This document shows positions 1 to 14,826 of a DNA stretch of 64,000 nucleotides, one piece after another. Position 1 is the stretch's first letter; each line of letters opens with the position of its first letter. Position numbers and translations under genes: made by a program. Under the pieces are notes generated by a model, which ran no database searches, was not told where the DNA came from, and was given only the letters and a program-made list of their open reading frames with translations. Origin of the DNA: Diadema antillarum (taxonomy: Eukaryota); NCBI RefSeq assembly GCF_040938485.1, contig NW_027271659.1, positions 248,001-312,000 on the forward strand, read 5' to 3'.

Positions 1-303
1 AGAAAGGTATAGGTTTCTTTAAAACGTTGACCTAAAACAAGAAAGATTGTACACGTTTCGCATAACGCCCCTCCCTTTCTCCAAAGTACCATTGGCACTG
101 CGTCATTTATGAAAGTCAGATTCAAAGTTGTGTGTAGTTGCCGTTTAAGATTTTGGAGGGGTAATAATCATAAGACTCATTGCACACCTCCTCCTCCCCC
201 TCCCCTCCTCTTCCTCCCCCCCCCCCCTTCTTCTTCTCGAGAATATCACGGGCTTTTTTTCGGAATTCATTCGCCAATGATTTTTTTTATTGTCATTATT
301 CTC

Positions 304-385
304 ATTATCATTATTATTATTATTATTATTACTGTTATTATTATTATTATCATTATTGTCATTATTATTATTATTATTATTATTA
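304..385. repeat. (ATT)n microsatellite
   Basis: Directly visible; explains the poly-I/poly-Y ORFs at 109-444. Confidence 0.95.
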
Positions 386-2016
386 GAATAACACTGGAAT
401 TTTCTTGCCTCTTAGCAAATACCATTCCACCTGTTTTCGGATAAGAGGTGCATGCTACTCACTCCCTCTCACCAGAATGATGTGAATGACTATTCAACGC
501 AGATCTAGGGAAGATGTGAACATACCGTGCGCTGGTCGAGGTACCAGTCCGACGGTTTTGCTTGTTCAACGTAAAGGTTTTTTTTGACATTCTGTCCTCT
601 TTATGCAAGGTCAGAACTTACTACGATATATGCGAGCTTGTGTACTATGTGCAAACACACGCACGCACACACATCCACACACATATACACACACACGCAC
701 ACACATCACGCACGCTGCGCAATGTACTTTCACGATCTCTGTCTGTATTGTGTTTCCTTATTTTTGTTTCTGTTATCTCTCAGTCATTCATGGACATCAT
801 CTCCAAATCTCGGTACCTCTTTATCATTCTTTCTGTCCGTTTGTGTTTCCGTGTCTGTCGGTCTCTGTCTGTCTGTCTTTCTGTCTTTCTGTCTCTCTCT
901 CTCTCTCACGCTCACTTTGTATAACTATCTGTTCACTCAATCGCTTCCGAATATCATATGATATAAATGTCGTAATTTTTTTTTCATTGGTGTTTGGTGT
1001 TTTTTGTTTTGTTTTGTTTTGGTTTGGGTCTTTTTTCTAAGTGCAGCAAGTGCTACTGAACCTTGCTGAGTGACTATATCATAGTTAAAGGAAGCAAACA
1101 GTACTCGGTATATTGTGCATATATCTATTTGATTGTGTGAGCCTGTGGTTTAACTACGATTGCACTTCCATGTTCAAATACGTTAGACCCCCTTGAGGAA
1201 GTAAAGACTCGTTTACATCCGCCGTGTCCAAAGTCCGTATGAGTACATTTTCATCATGGGTGCGTCATTGCAAATTCCAGTTTTTGTGCGCAACAGCACC
1301 ATCATTGCAGGTGTCGTGTTATTTTAATCAATTGCTTTGGATTTATTTGGAAGTGGATGTTACATCCATGGTAGCCAACAACCAATGAAGCACTGAGCCT
1401 TTATCGCTCAACAAAATCAACCTTTATAACAAGAGCATGTTCTAAACACAACAATTTTAAACCAATAATCGCACAGTGTGTTGCTGTGAGTCACATTTGA
1501 TGGTGGGTGGAAAATGTAAACTGCTGCGCACCGGCAAAGACTAGTTTTTTTTTATTTGTTTGTTTGTTTGTTTGTTTGTTTGTTTGTTTGTTTGTGCGTT
1601 TGTTTGTTTCTTTTTAACCTGATTCGAGCATCTCACACTAAATATTGTAATGTACAGTCTCCTCGAGCCGGCACTTTAAGCTTGACTTAAAATCTGTAGG
1701 TGTTGTCGCCGCATTCCATCAAATTTGAAGCTGCGTGTGTTTGACACCTGGACGAGGCTTATATTTCACGAAGATCATGCACAGCGAGATGACAACTTTT
1801 TAAAGGTTGGAACTTTGGAATGAAATCTCATTTTTGTTCATTTTTTTTTTTACTTTCCCACGTTTCATTTCCAACTTAATCCCAATTCAAAGTCACCTCA
1901 TATTCTACTTAACCCAAATGGTTAATGAAAAGTGAACACACATGTAGCGGGGAATGTACAGGATGCAGTCTCGCAGCCCCCCCCCCCCCCCCCCCCCCAA
2001 CACACACACATACATA

Positions 2017-2241
2017 CACTCTGAAAATGAAATGGTAAATCAACTTTTTGAATGCCGCCACTCCTAAAACCTTCTGTTAAATGTTGAATTTAACACTCAA
2101 CATGTTTAATAATAATACTCAAATTGTTGAACTACCAGTTCAGAAATAGAAAACACAACATTTTGAATGTTCAACATTATAAAAAGGTTGGATGAATGAC
2201 AACATTTAAAATGTTGACTTGACATTTCATTATTTAGAGTA
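2017..2241. mobile_element. MITE with CACTCT-AAAA termini
   Basis: Left CACTCTGAAAATGAAATGGTAAATCAAC; right (reverse complement) TACTCTAAATAATGAAATGTCAAGTCAAC. Flanked by TA on both sides. Confidence 0.6.
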
Positions 2242-4989
2242 TACCATGAGTCCTCTGTAGAATACCTGGGTTAGAAAAAAAATACCTATGTGGTTCAATG
2301 AAATAATTCAGAAGAACGGATATCAAACAGATGATACTTTGTATAGCGCTGAGATCATTCTGTCAGGTAGAGAACGTGTGAAAAGATCACAGGTCACGAA
2401 GGGCAAGAAACCAGCCAAAAATATAACAACCACAAGGCATACAAACCAAAGATGATAAATGAAAAGTAAGGGGCTCTAAAAGTACAATACCAATAAAAAG
2501 ATCACGTGGAAATATTTGAAGACACATCACAAAAATAACTCAAATGAAAAGGCAAACATCACATTGCCCGGAGACATTGTTAATGAAAGAAGCAAAATAG
2601 TACTAGTCGGATAGAAAGTACGCACGTATTTTTGACACTTGTAACATTGCCGTATGTTGCAACTATTCTGCCCCGCATATATGACGGGGGAATGGAAAAG
2701 GGGAATATTTATAAAGCAAAGTGGAGAGTTGAAGAGGAGGGGGGGGGGGGGGTGATGGAATAAACCCCCTGTGGAAGAATGATGCTTGTGATAACACGTG
2801 CATTTATCCGGAAATGATGCTAGGTGTGATTGACGTATTTTACGTGGCATACATGCTCGAGAATATACAGCCGAAGGTCTATTGCATATTCTGAAAGAGA
2901 GGGGGACAGATAAATAGAAAGAGAGAGAGAGGGGGGGGGGGGAGGGAGGGGGACGGAAAAAAGCTTTCTGCCCAATTACAATCTCGATATTAATGCTTTG
3001 GACACTTCGTCGCATTCCCACGTACTTATTTTTCAATAACCCCACTCATCCTTTCGAGGGCTCTGCCTAAGCCATGGTGGGAGAAAAAAAAAGTGGGAGA
3101 TTAAAATGTCGCAATAGCTATGTTCACGGCTATTGGAACGTGTAAGGCTTATTCAATTCCGTGCTGTTTGCTGCTTGATTAGCAGCACGCATTCAGATGT
3201 TCTTTACTTTAATTGAACTCTCAGTGAACTCCAATTGCGTTTGATTAGAAGACGTTAACCAGAGGTGTTTAATTTCTTTTCCAACACAAGAGCAGGAATG
3301 ACACGATGAATAGTAATGCGTTGTGCAGCAGTTGTGATGAACAGCAATCAGCAGGCTGCTTGTGTTAAGCAAATGTGGATTAGTTTGATGTGCACGTAAG
3401 AATTTTAATGTATCTTATAAATAACGAATAAAGAACATAATGAAGACACACATAGGCAAACAAGCTAAACATGAAAAGATTTATATGACAGGAGCCGTGT
3501 GTTTCACCTTAAAGTGCAGTTTTGCTCTATCTGATGATAGACTTACATTAAAATGCTTTAAAACGGCACTCATGATTTGAGATAAAACTTTTCAATTCCA
3601 TCCCATGACTATATAGTGTAAAATCAAATTGAAAAAAAAAATGATAGAAACTGTGTAAAAATGAGACATAAGATATCAAAGGCGTTGTGGAATTTGGAGA
3701 CTGCACATGGTTTTCGATTACTTATGTGGCTACATCTTTGTGTAAATTAGATTCAATGGTGATGTCACAAATCTGTAATTGACCTGCATACAAGTGGTTG
3801 CTTTCTTTCCCCTTTCTTCAGACGTGAAATCGTGACAGAAAAAAAAATCCTTTTGTGTTACTAATCCTCACAGTGATGACGTCACAAAGAAGGTTGTAGC
3901 TGCGATAATTTATAGAGAGTAAACGCGATCTTTCCATGACAAGAGTAGCCATCATGAGCCATGGTGGCCCATGATTTCTTGTATTAGGGCTATTACTAAA
4001 CACTGATCAATTCAGTGCTTAGTTACGTCGATGCAGGGCAATTTGTCAATCAGTTGCAATGTGAATGAAAACATCTCGACGGAAGAATTTAATGAATTTG
4101 AAAAACATGATCTTTTTTCCAACAAAAATCTAGCTTGTACTTTTAAAGTTATTACATCCTTAGTTCATGCAGTTGATAAAACCCGATTAAAAACAATCAC
4201 AAACTTCTCGTGTGCAACGAACGACTTCACCACCATTATTCTCTTGATAATAAAGAAAATACATTACATTTTTTTTTTACAATTCATTCAGATTTAAAAA
4301 CACATAAAGAAGTACAAAGGTGATTATGATAAAGGCAACATCTGTGTCAAACAAATCTGTTCTCCTCTTTTCGGTGTTTGTTCAATTGGAGCATGATCTC
4401 TTATCTAGGTTAGCCTACATCCCGAGGTGAAATGAAGCTGACCCCTTGACCTCGTCTATAATTAATATGGCTGTGGCTTCCATGACGTCTGATCCAAAGA
4501 AAAAAAAAAAGCGGCAGGTGCCTCGTCAAAGATTAATGGCGGTCTTTGACCAAAGACAAATGTCTTAGTTGTTTTCAGAAGACTGTTCTTAAGTAGAACA
4601 AAGTGCTTTTAAGAGTTGGGCAGCACAATAACCTTAACAGGAAAAGTGCTTCGCGTCAATTAGGCCTACATAGTTAAGTTCTATTCTTTCAGGCTTTATC
4701 GGGTAAAGATAGGGACAATTGAAGAAAATAGAATAGTGAATCCTTTTGGGGTTTTTCTTTCTCCTGCTTTCCACAATTCTAATGTCATGGTATAGCCAAG
4801 GGGGTAATTCAGTTCAAGACCACTGTCCAGTAATGGAAACTCAATTTGCAAAACGGGCGAGGCCTTCAGAAGATAATCTAAGAATTAAAAAACACAACAA
4901 CAACAACAGACAATGCAGTGACGAGGGTGGATCGATTGTCATGTTTGCGCGTTACATAACAGTCGTAAGAGCGCGACGCACATTTCGCA

Positions 4990-5029
<40 letters not shown>

Positions 5030-7451
5030 GAGCGCTTAACTTCGGTCGTAAATCGGCAAGCAGTGCCTCTCCGGTGATCAGGAGGAGAGGTTAGGGACAC
5101 AAACGAGACAGGCAAGTGGTGATGGAGATGGAAGAATCGATAACCGTCGAGTGTTTAATCATCATAACCTAGCCGGTGGAATCTTTCTAGTAGTCATGGT
5201 AGTATAGAGACTTATTAATTACGCCTCGCACTCCAGACACAAGGTGGGGTTGAAGAGGAGAAATATCGAGAGAGACAGACAGGCCAGACAGGCAGAAAGA
5301 GAAGAGAATAATAGCAAAAACCTAAACATTCCCTTTCCTAAAAACGAAAAAGCAACACAAAAGCCTGGGGTAACTAATATCACAGACATCATCACAATTC
5401 TAAACGTCCAAAAAATTAAGCTGGTGGCGTGACATATTTGCAGTTGGGACCTCGGATATCAATATACATGAAGGAAAAGAAAAAGAGAAAGAGTTCATAT
5501 AGTTTAGCACATATCGATTTCGTCTGTTATAGAATAGAAGCAGAGTAAACTTACCCAGACGTTTACCAAACTACCAGACTACACACTTTTTGTTTCATTG
5601 TTATACAAGTTTTGCCATTGATTCTTCTACTTTAATGCTTGAAACGGTGAATAACTCTGATGCATTTTTCTTGTATCGTTGCATTTGATCATAATATGTA
5701 TGCGCTCGTGTGTGTCTGGGAGAGACCACTTGTACATCATAACAAATATAACAAAATGATGAAATTACGCATGTCTCAGCACTATGGAATATCAGAGGTT
5801 TTCTTTTTTTTTTCTTCTTCTTCTTCTTCTCCTTCTTTTCATTTCATTCCCTTTCATTTTATTTAATTTCCAACAAGTATAAAGTGCTTTATGAAATTTG
5901 CATATACACACATACGAAATCAATGAAGTTTTTTTTTTACAATAAAAATAACTTAGTTTAAGGAAATGCAATCATTAATGGAAGTGTATCAAGGAAAGTT
6001 AGGGTTTGTCGATTAATCTTCTTCTTCTTCTTCCTTCATTCTTCTTCTCTTCATATCTGTCAAAATACAGGACACAACTAGATGAATAAAAGAACAAGTT
6101 TGTTTGTTTGACTTTTTTTTTTTGCCTGCAGTATCGCAAGAGTGGTGCGGTTTTCTTAACGGTATTTTTCTTAGCGTGTTCATTGACATTGAACGGCACG
6201 CGTAGACAGTAATAACTAAAGACAGCAGTCGATATTCTTTCTGTTTCTTTGGAAGATTATTAGAATAACAGGGTTCAGAGTGAATCAAAGTTAACAGGGT
6301 TGGGTGGACAAATCGTGCGTGAGCATAAAAGAAGATGACCATGCGCATATACGATTTTAGCCAGCCCAAATGATAGCAGTCGCCGACACTCAGAATTACG
6401 ATACTCCGGCGAAAATTGTTAGGTTGCTGCGTTACGGTTGCCCGGCAACCAGCCGTTCGCCCAGAGTGTAGAAAATATGTGAGGCAGAAGTTTGATCAGA
6501 GATTAGATTGAACATTCTGACAAGACAGTGGGCACAAAATAAACTAATTAACATATTAAATTACGTTCATGACCACTTTAATGAAATTAGGAATAACGAC
6601 GGTAGGAGACAATTCGGCTTTTCAACCGAACCACAAAAATCAGAACAAAGTCAATCCAGACAATTAGAAGGAATCTCTGATGTCCATTGTATTTTGGTCT
6701 AAACAGCTTTATATCACTTCAACACTTTTACAAGTTAAAAGATGAAAAAGAAGATAGAAATACGAAAACATTGACATGGACAGATAGTCTCCAAAGACAA
6801 AGCAAACTATTATATTACACCCAGCAGATAATTAGATAGCTCACACTATTATTATATTGTTGAGTCATGCCTTTAGACAACCCGCATGGTATCATTTAAT
6901 TGGTACAAGTTAAACTCGCAATTGGAACTGTTCCTTTGTTTGTTTGTTTGTCTTTTTCTTTTACTGTTCTGTATGTTCAAGGAGATGAGCCGTCAAGATC
7001 AGCCCCGAACAGAAAGAATTCAATCGAGTTCAACCCTGATGGCAACAACTTCATGATATTGCTGTCATGCGGTCAAGGCATAGCAAGCGAATAATAAAGG
7101 GATCTGCGGGTCGTACCGAGAAAAGAAATTCGACGATTGTTTTTCCCTCTGGCCAAGAAATGTAATTAATTAAAGGCCGTTCAGGGAACTGTTCCCCCCT
7201 TGATCCCCTAACGAGGCAGAAACAGCCCATCCTGTTTGCCCTACCGGCGGACTCTCGGCTCCCAGGTGGCCTACACTCGCGTGGCGGAGCGATCGCCAGG
7301 CGTGCGTTGCAAAAGGGCAGTGACGCTCTAGAAGAGGATCGAACGAGTGTTGCCCCCGTTTAGTCGTAGCTCTCAGTCTGGATTCTTATTAACATTATTT
7401 CTTTCTGTTTCGTTATTACTAATTGATTTTATTTGCCTGTGTATTTGCGTC

Positions 7452-7494
<43 letters not shown>

Positions 7495-7861
7495 TCGGTG
7501 CAAGAGGGATAAGCCTTATGGTTGTTTTGAAATGTCATTATTTCAATTCCCTTTAACAGCTGTTATCACCTTCTTGCCCTCTTGGTATTCAACATTTTCA
7601 AAAATTGACGATAACAGAAAGACCTATTCTATTCTAAAACATTTTAACTCTGCGGGCGGGAGATTTCTAACATAAGAAGAAAAAGATGATTCAATGGGTT
7701 ATGCAATGAGCCAGATGCATCAATATGTCAGTGCATAAATCCACTATTTATAACATAGAGCGAGCTGAAACCCTCAGTTATGGCTGCAATAGACACTGAT
7801 ACAAAAAAACACCCTTAAACCTAGCCGGCTTATAGGGATATGGACTTCGGGGGGGGGGGGG

Positions 7862-8014
7862 GGGTGGTGTTTCATAAAGCTGTTCGTAAAGTTACGAACG
7901 ACTTACGAGCGACTGGTGATTGGTTCTTGTGCTAAATTATGGCACATCAGAACTGATCACCAGTCGCTCGTAAGTTATTCGTAACTTTACGAAAAGCTTT
8001 ATGAAACAGGACCC
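7862..8014. mobile_element. Palindromic MITE, PIF/Harbinger-like termini
   Basis: Inverted arms of about 58 bp: GTTTCATAAAGCTGTTCGTAAAGTTACG...CGACTGGTGA and TCACCAGTCG...CGTAACTTTACGAAAAGCTTTATGAAAC. Confidence 0.75.
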
Positions 8015-9929
8015 AGAAATACAATTTTGTGTCTATGATGCGTGTATAGTGTAGTAGCAATATACATCATAGTGGCAATTTACATAATACACGAAATACA
8101 ATGGAGGTGAAAGACATTTTCTTTGCCATAGTTTGCCGTGTGCATTTCTTTTCCTCCAAGTAGATGTCATATTTTGTTATAGTTCATGCCTAAGAGACGG
8201 AAAAGGTGGGAGAGATGTGAGTAGCATTAGTCAAAATTGATAATGCAGAATGTACAATTTAAAACAGATTTAAAACAACAACAAACATTCAAAAAAAGGT
8301 GGCGTTTATAGACAGGTGACCGCTACGCACATGGTTTTTGAACAAAGCCTTTCTCTCGGGGAATCTGTCAGTGGACACAATACGGTCATATACGACAGGT
8401 CTCTCTTGTACAGACGATTGTCATGCATGGCGGGAAAATCATTTACGGACCTAGATGATTTGTATTATGATCGTTGTCTGTGCCTTCGTGCTGCATCCTA
8501 CCACTCACCCGACAGGTGATTACTCGACAAAAGGCTACCGCTAATTTTGTGCCCCAATTCTTAGATGAGACTAATGGAAATCGGTGATTAAATGAAAAAA
8601 AAAACAATTACATGGATCTACTCCATGATGACAAGGGGATAAAAATACATTTGCTTTTCTCGTACCTACTGTTTAAATGACTTTCAGAATTGATTGACAA
8701 TTATGATGTAGCATTTATGAATGTATGTAGGATCCTTTTACATTTTAGATGCGAATGTAATGTGCATGTCAAGGTTGCGTATGCATCACTTTGTGAGAGA
8801 AGTAAAGAAAATTAGTTTCTCTTTATTTTTCTATCATTTAGTTTTCAACAATGTCTCGTGTTGCATATATACCACGTAAGCATCGTAACTGATCTCTTTA
8901 CATTGAATCCATAGAGAAATCGACTAGATTTGTAGTCACCCGAAACTGATGAAGGTAATGTAATACTGTAAAGGTAAATGAAAATTGATGAAGATAATGA
9001 ATGTAGGTCAAATCAATGTTGGTCAAATATAGTTAAATGTCATCTGGACTTGACAAAATAAAAACTGGAGATCGGTGGTGATGTCTGCTTTAAATATTAG
9101 ATTATCAAACCCTTTCGATTTCTTACGACTCATTGCAGAACGTTGTTTTCGACTTTTCTGACTACTGCCCGTTATAAATAATACTCAGTCAAAAATATTT
9201 ACTCCTTGCAAGAGACAATAATATTATTGCTCCGATCATTAAACTGGAATGAAGTGCAACCGTCCTTTCAACGATGGAACTCTTTTCCCGCGAGACAAAC
9301 CGTTGCCATAGTGACGGAATCGCCTGACTGTAATCACAAGAAAGACATGGTATACGTCTCCCCGGAGAATTCAAGACGTCATAATTCATGAATCCATTGT
9401 TTGTTTGGTGATTTATTTATCTTTATTATATATGAAACACTGCTTTCATTCACATCGAAACTCATATCACACACACACAAAGAACTTTCTCAAAAGATAA
9501 TTAATACACATTAATACTCCAGAGAAATATTCGGGAGACCTTGTCTGTTCAACAAAACAACTAGGGAAAGATATCCTTTATGCTGAGTCGCAGCGTTTTT
9601 AATGACTTGAATTCCATAGTTCTTAAGTTTCACTTTAAATTGATGGCAAAATATTACGGGGCAGCTGAGATTGCCCAGCGGTAATTGAAGCAGTGTTGCG
9701 TGAATTCCCAGTGGAGATCGTGATTTTCATGGTGAGCGGGGAGGACAAAATATGAGCTATAGCCATTCTCTTTCATTCAGCAGCAGTTTTCTGTAGTTTG
9801 TTTTAAACCTTCGAGTCCAGACTAGATTGAATCGCTTACCACAAGCAATGCCATGACATGAAAGAAGTATTTGATACCAGTCGTAATCTGGCAAACAAGT
9901 GCGAGATAGACAGAGAAAGAAAGCAGAAG

Positions 9930-10322
9930 NNNNNNNNNNNNNNNNNNNNNNNNNNNNNNNNNNNNNNNNNNNNNNNNNNNNNNNNNNNNNNNNNNNNNNN
10001 NNNNNNNNNNNNNNNNNNNNNNNNNNNNNNNNNNNNNNNNNNNNNNNNNNNNNNNNNNNNNNNNNNNNNNNNNNNNNNNNNNNNNNNNNNNNNNNNNNNN
10101 NNNNNNNNNNNNNNNNNNNNNNNNNNNNNNNNNNNNNNNNNNNNNNNNNNNNNNNNNNNNNNNNNNNNNNNNNNNNNNNNNNNNNNNNNNNNNNNNNNNN
10201 NNNNNNNNNNNNNNNNNNNNNNNNNNNNNNNNNNNNNNNNNNNNNNNNNNNNNNNNNNNNNNNNNNNNNNNNNNNNNNNNNNNNNNNNNNNNNNNNNNNN
10301 NNNNNNNNNNNNNNNNNNNNNN
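9930..10322. other. Assembly gap (393 N); other gaps at 29349-29499, 57263-57391 and 58483-58613
   Basis: Runs of N. Confidence 1.
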
Positions 10323-11824
10323 AGACCAATTAAACAGGAAGGAAAATTGTTAATACAAGTTTGTGATCTACTTTTATATAAAAAAGAAACTACATCATAT
10401 CAGGATGTAGACTGAGTGATGCCCATTCCACGTCACTTCAAGAAATCCAAGTAAACCCACAAATATTAAACGATAAACATCAACTTTCAATAATGTTTTA
10501 TGCATACTATATTGAATTGAATTACTGAAAATGCATCGGTCTTATACATAAAACTATTTGTTTCCTTTATACTCCCTAATGTTTTGCTCTTTGCTATTCG
10601 CAATGATAAATATGAAGTAATAAAGAGTGAGGTTTGCATTTTACGTTAATGAAGGGTACTGACGAGATTGTTTTGGCAGATCTGAGCTAAGCTGAACTGC
10701 GTTTCTTTCTATCTTTCTTTCTTTTGACTTCCCTCTCTTCGTCATTTCAAATACAGTCACGTAAAAGAGAGCGATATCGAACAGAAACGCGCTAGATGTA
10801 TATCATACATCTTTATTTTGTCCGATTTCGCATCGGCAGGTTCCTCGAGTTTGGCGCCACGAAAAGTGACAATTACAGAGGGAAGTAATGACGTGATTGA
10901 TGTCAGCCAGCTCAGAAACACGCCAGATTGTACCCAACATTTCATTCCATACACGCCCCCTTGGATACAACGGGGGGATGAGAGAGGCTGTATGAATCGA
11001 AAGCCCCACACCATCCTCCCCTCCTCCACCCCATTAGATCGTTCTTCATGGGTTATTCATATCACCTCTTGTTCGTCCGAGAGTATCAACGCGGAATGGG
11101 TGGGCGAAAGAATTAAGCTGGACACGTTGGCTTTCTGAGGAGTTAACGAGTAGAATAATGTCGCTAAAGTTTTTCGGACGGACTTCAGGATCCTGATACG
11201 AAAAAAAAGTGTCTCCTCAACACAGATTCGCCCTGCAGAGTATTAAATTAAATCGTATCCCGTGATGGACAGCCAATATGATAAAGTGGATTTTGTTCAT
11301 CACTGTCGATGGAGGACATAATATTGTCATATTTAGGTTAAATTTAGCGATGCCGCCTGCCGGGCACTCGGTGATTTGTTTTTGAGCGCATGGCTGGCAA
11401 ATAACACAATGTAGACTCGAAATTGTCCTTTTTTGTATTGTTGTTGTTGTTAAGCTGGTAGTTTCTGTCTGGAAGCACGTTAATGTGATACTAATATTGG
11501 ATTATCACGCACATTATCCTGCATGGCGTAACACACAAGTAGAGCACCCACCACATTTCACTGGCGGCGACACAGATTGGGATAACAGTTAGGACATAAT
11601 ATTCTTCAGCGTTTCTTCAAAGAAGTAAGCTCTAAAATCTATACTTGATTAGAGTCGCTTTCTCGTGTGTTTACTTGAATGTAATGACGTCAAATTGAAA
11701 CATCAGCTCCGACTATGTGCGATGATCAACTCAAGGAAACTTCCATTGCTTCCAGGATTGAGAGAGAAAACGGCGGGTTAACTTTTGCTCCTGTAACCTT
11801 CACTCCATCTATACTTCTCTTCGT

Positions 11825-11875
<51 letters not shown>

Positions 11876-12894
11876 TTTTCTTTATATTTTTCTCTCTGTA
11901 TCCTTATTCTTTTTCCCCCTCTCTATATCTTTATATCTTTCCAGCATTTTGTTTATGGCTCAATCGACTGTGACATAGGAATTGCAAAGCGACCTTAATA
12001 CTTTGTCGATTTGGTAGTTCATATTATGCAAAGAGAAAAAAGAGACATGAAAAATAATTCATCTATTCTAAGCGTAATGTTTCTCACCATTATAAACCAG
12101 TTTTCCTAGCATGCTCACTTTAAAACTATATCTATATATTAGACGTGTATGCGACTAAAAGTCGAACCAAGCCCCCTTATGTGGTTTAAATTTCTTGTTG
12201 TATTGTTGGGTATGTATGTATCGTATCACTTGGCACCGTTTAGAGAGGCCTTCACGATCAAAGAGGAAACCAGATATTTTGGTAAGCAAACTGGGCAAGC
12301 GAAACTGTTTCGGGCACACTCCGCGTGTTGGAAGATCAGGATGGAGGTATGAGTCAAGGCTTTTATTCTCTTTGTTTTTGTTCTATTTTGCTTTCTGTCA
12401 TTTTTATAATTTTTTTGATATTAAAATATCTTATGGTTGTTAGTGTGGGCGGAACCATTGACGTCACTTGAAGATAAAAGTTTATTTGCTGTATTTGTTT
12501 GTTTTCCTGATTTTTCTTTCATTTTTCTTTCTTTCTCTAAACTTCTCTTTCTCTATGACCTTTTTTCTCTCTCTCTTTTTATTTGCAATCTCGAGTTTTT
12601 AAATTGCAATTCAGTGATAAGTTCTTAATACTGAATAACAAAAAGAACTGATGACGATATATTTTCCTTTCCTTTTCGCGGTTAGTGATGGAGAAACAGT
12701 GCCTTTAATCGTTGTTTATAGTGTGTCGTTAATTTGATGACTTTTGCTTCACTTTGCACATGCTACACCCTTTTTTCTCATTATATTTCGCTAAATCACA
12801 TTTCATCGATGGCTTTGTATTCAGATGATTTAACAAAAGAAAATTTTTCAGACATAAAGCACAAAAGAACATATCAGATTTTATTACTCCCTAC

Positions 12895-12941
<47 letters not shown>

Positions 12942-14826
12942 CCGTACCTTTCTCTTCAATTTTGTCACTGCGAGTTTGGTAATCTGCAGTGACGAAAGAC
13001 CTTCCTTTGAATCTAAACCGCATGATCATGATAAAACAGTGTCCCGTGGTAATAACTTCAGATTTCGAGTGAATTTCGAATAAAACGAAAGCTTTTGTCT
13101 CCACCGCACAAATAATGATGAGAAGAACATAAAAATAATAACTAAATCATGGACGTGCAGCCCACTTTTTTGCAGACTTCTTTACGAATGGATTTCTTCA
13201 CCACAAGGCAATCACACCATACGGATTCCAGCAGTCTCCCATTTTGAGAAATCTGAGAAATCAGGTAAAAGAAAGAGCAATATAAACAAGGGCTAGATTG
13301 AAGAAGAAACCTGAAAAAGTGCAGGAGGGCCTATTTGTTCACCATCGTCTTGAGTAATTCACTATTTTACGACCAATCCTGTGATCGTGCCTGTAGTACA
13401 ATGTCTTTCTTGCCGACAAAGCGGACATTGCTTTGCAGTTCGTGCTGCTCATCTTTTACAATATTATCAAACATTCGAAGAAAAATGGAAGAAAACCATC
13501 TGCTAACATTCCATATTCTCCTTTTCTTTTCTTCCTTTCCTCTATTTCTGCCCATCAGCGTTCCGCGACGGATTATGCGTGAAATTGAAATTGGGATTTT
13601 AATTGAGAGATATTAGGGAAAGCGGCCGGGAAATGTTTGTCCGTAGGTATAGGAGAAAGACTCGAAGAGAGAAAGAGAGAGAGGGAGAGAGGGGGCGGGG
13701 GGGGGGGGGAGAGAGAAGCAGACCTGGAGAGGAAAAGGGAGAGGGAGAGAGAGGGAGAGAGAGACGGGGCAGCTTTGAAAATTCCGTTAATTGAATGTTT
13801 AAAGAATGCTAATTAAAAGTCAGGATTTTTTTCGTTGTCAACGTGGTGTGTGTGTGTTATCTTTCCTGGCCAGTCAATTCCCTATCAACTTCGCTGATAG
13901 GAAATTGAATTCCCAGTTTTCATATTCCATGGACAAAAAATGACAATGATGTAATATGTTTTATGAACCCTTTAAGAAAACTCTTGCCTAGGACATAGTT
14001 TCAAATACACAGTGAGAAAAAAGGGAAACAGTAGTTTGTTTTTTGTTTGATTGCTTGTTTGTTCTTGCTGACTGAAATCACGGATGTAAATCAGAAGATC
14101 TTTATTTCCGTGGAATTTCCTTTTCTTTTGTCAGAAAAACTTAACTAAAACAAAATACTATCATCATGCAAATCTCAACCATAACCTAACTACATTTCAT
14201 AATATCGTCATGTCTAACGTGGTATGTGAAATCATTAAAAAGTAATACAGTCCTTTTTCGAACTGTTTAATTGTCATTGTTTCCTTGTCAATTTTTCGAA
14301 TAAACTTAAGACATTTAAGATATATTATTTCAAAGGATAGAAACATTGGAATTCTACATTAGCTGTAATTAAATATAGATGGAACCTATAAAGGCAATAT
14401 AGTGTAATTTGCGAGTTAATATTTCATTAATTTTAGGTACTTAACAGGAATACAGCATGACAAGATGAAGCTCTTAATGGCATTGAGAATAAAATAAGAA
14501 AATACAAACTGTGTTTTTATTAAAATAGGGTAGACCTGAGTAGACCTGAATGACTTCATTTGGATAAATGTCGACAATTCAGTGTCAATTACAGACTTAA
14601 CTTACACTTCGCAGAATCTCCCCATTCCTGCACAATCTACACTCATTAAAGTTGAAGTGAACGATTCCGTGCGTGCCTTATAGTCGTGCTGAAGTGTGTG
14701 AAATATATTAGCATATTATGCAGTATGGCCTGTGCACTGATCTGTAAAATGATAAAAGGTACATATCATACACGCCGTCCTGCGTCTGTAATATCTATAT
14801 GGGAGGTACGCCCTCTGGTCCAGAAT

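Noticed and set aside
109-1040. Long ORFs with hydrophobic runs at the window start, and similar ones elsewhere
   Set aside because: Translations of microsatellites and low-complexity DNA.
8316-8519. Plus-strand exon-like ORF, and the opposite-strand LYKR-DLSY...C-rich peptide
   Set aside because: Weak polypyrimidine tracts, no homology recognised and no linked exons.
9757-10415. ORFs of 144-190 aa spanning the gap, and those at 29226-29547 and 58355-58718
   Set aside because: Their length is an artefact of N runs.
11066-11192. Candidate phase-0 exon 2 (acceptor TTTTTTTCGTATCAG|GAT, donor AG|GTGATA; DPEVRPKNFSDIILL...)
   Set aside because: The signals are plausible, but the peptide lacks the acidic character and any similarity to the recalled PPLNP1 sequence.
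13367-13480. Minus ORF containing QSNVRFV-GKK, an amidation-like signal
   Set aside because: No signal peptide, the only nearby acceptor is out of phase with exon 1, there is a single copy, and it is unlike pedal peptides.
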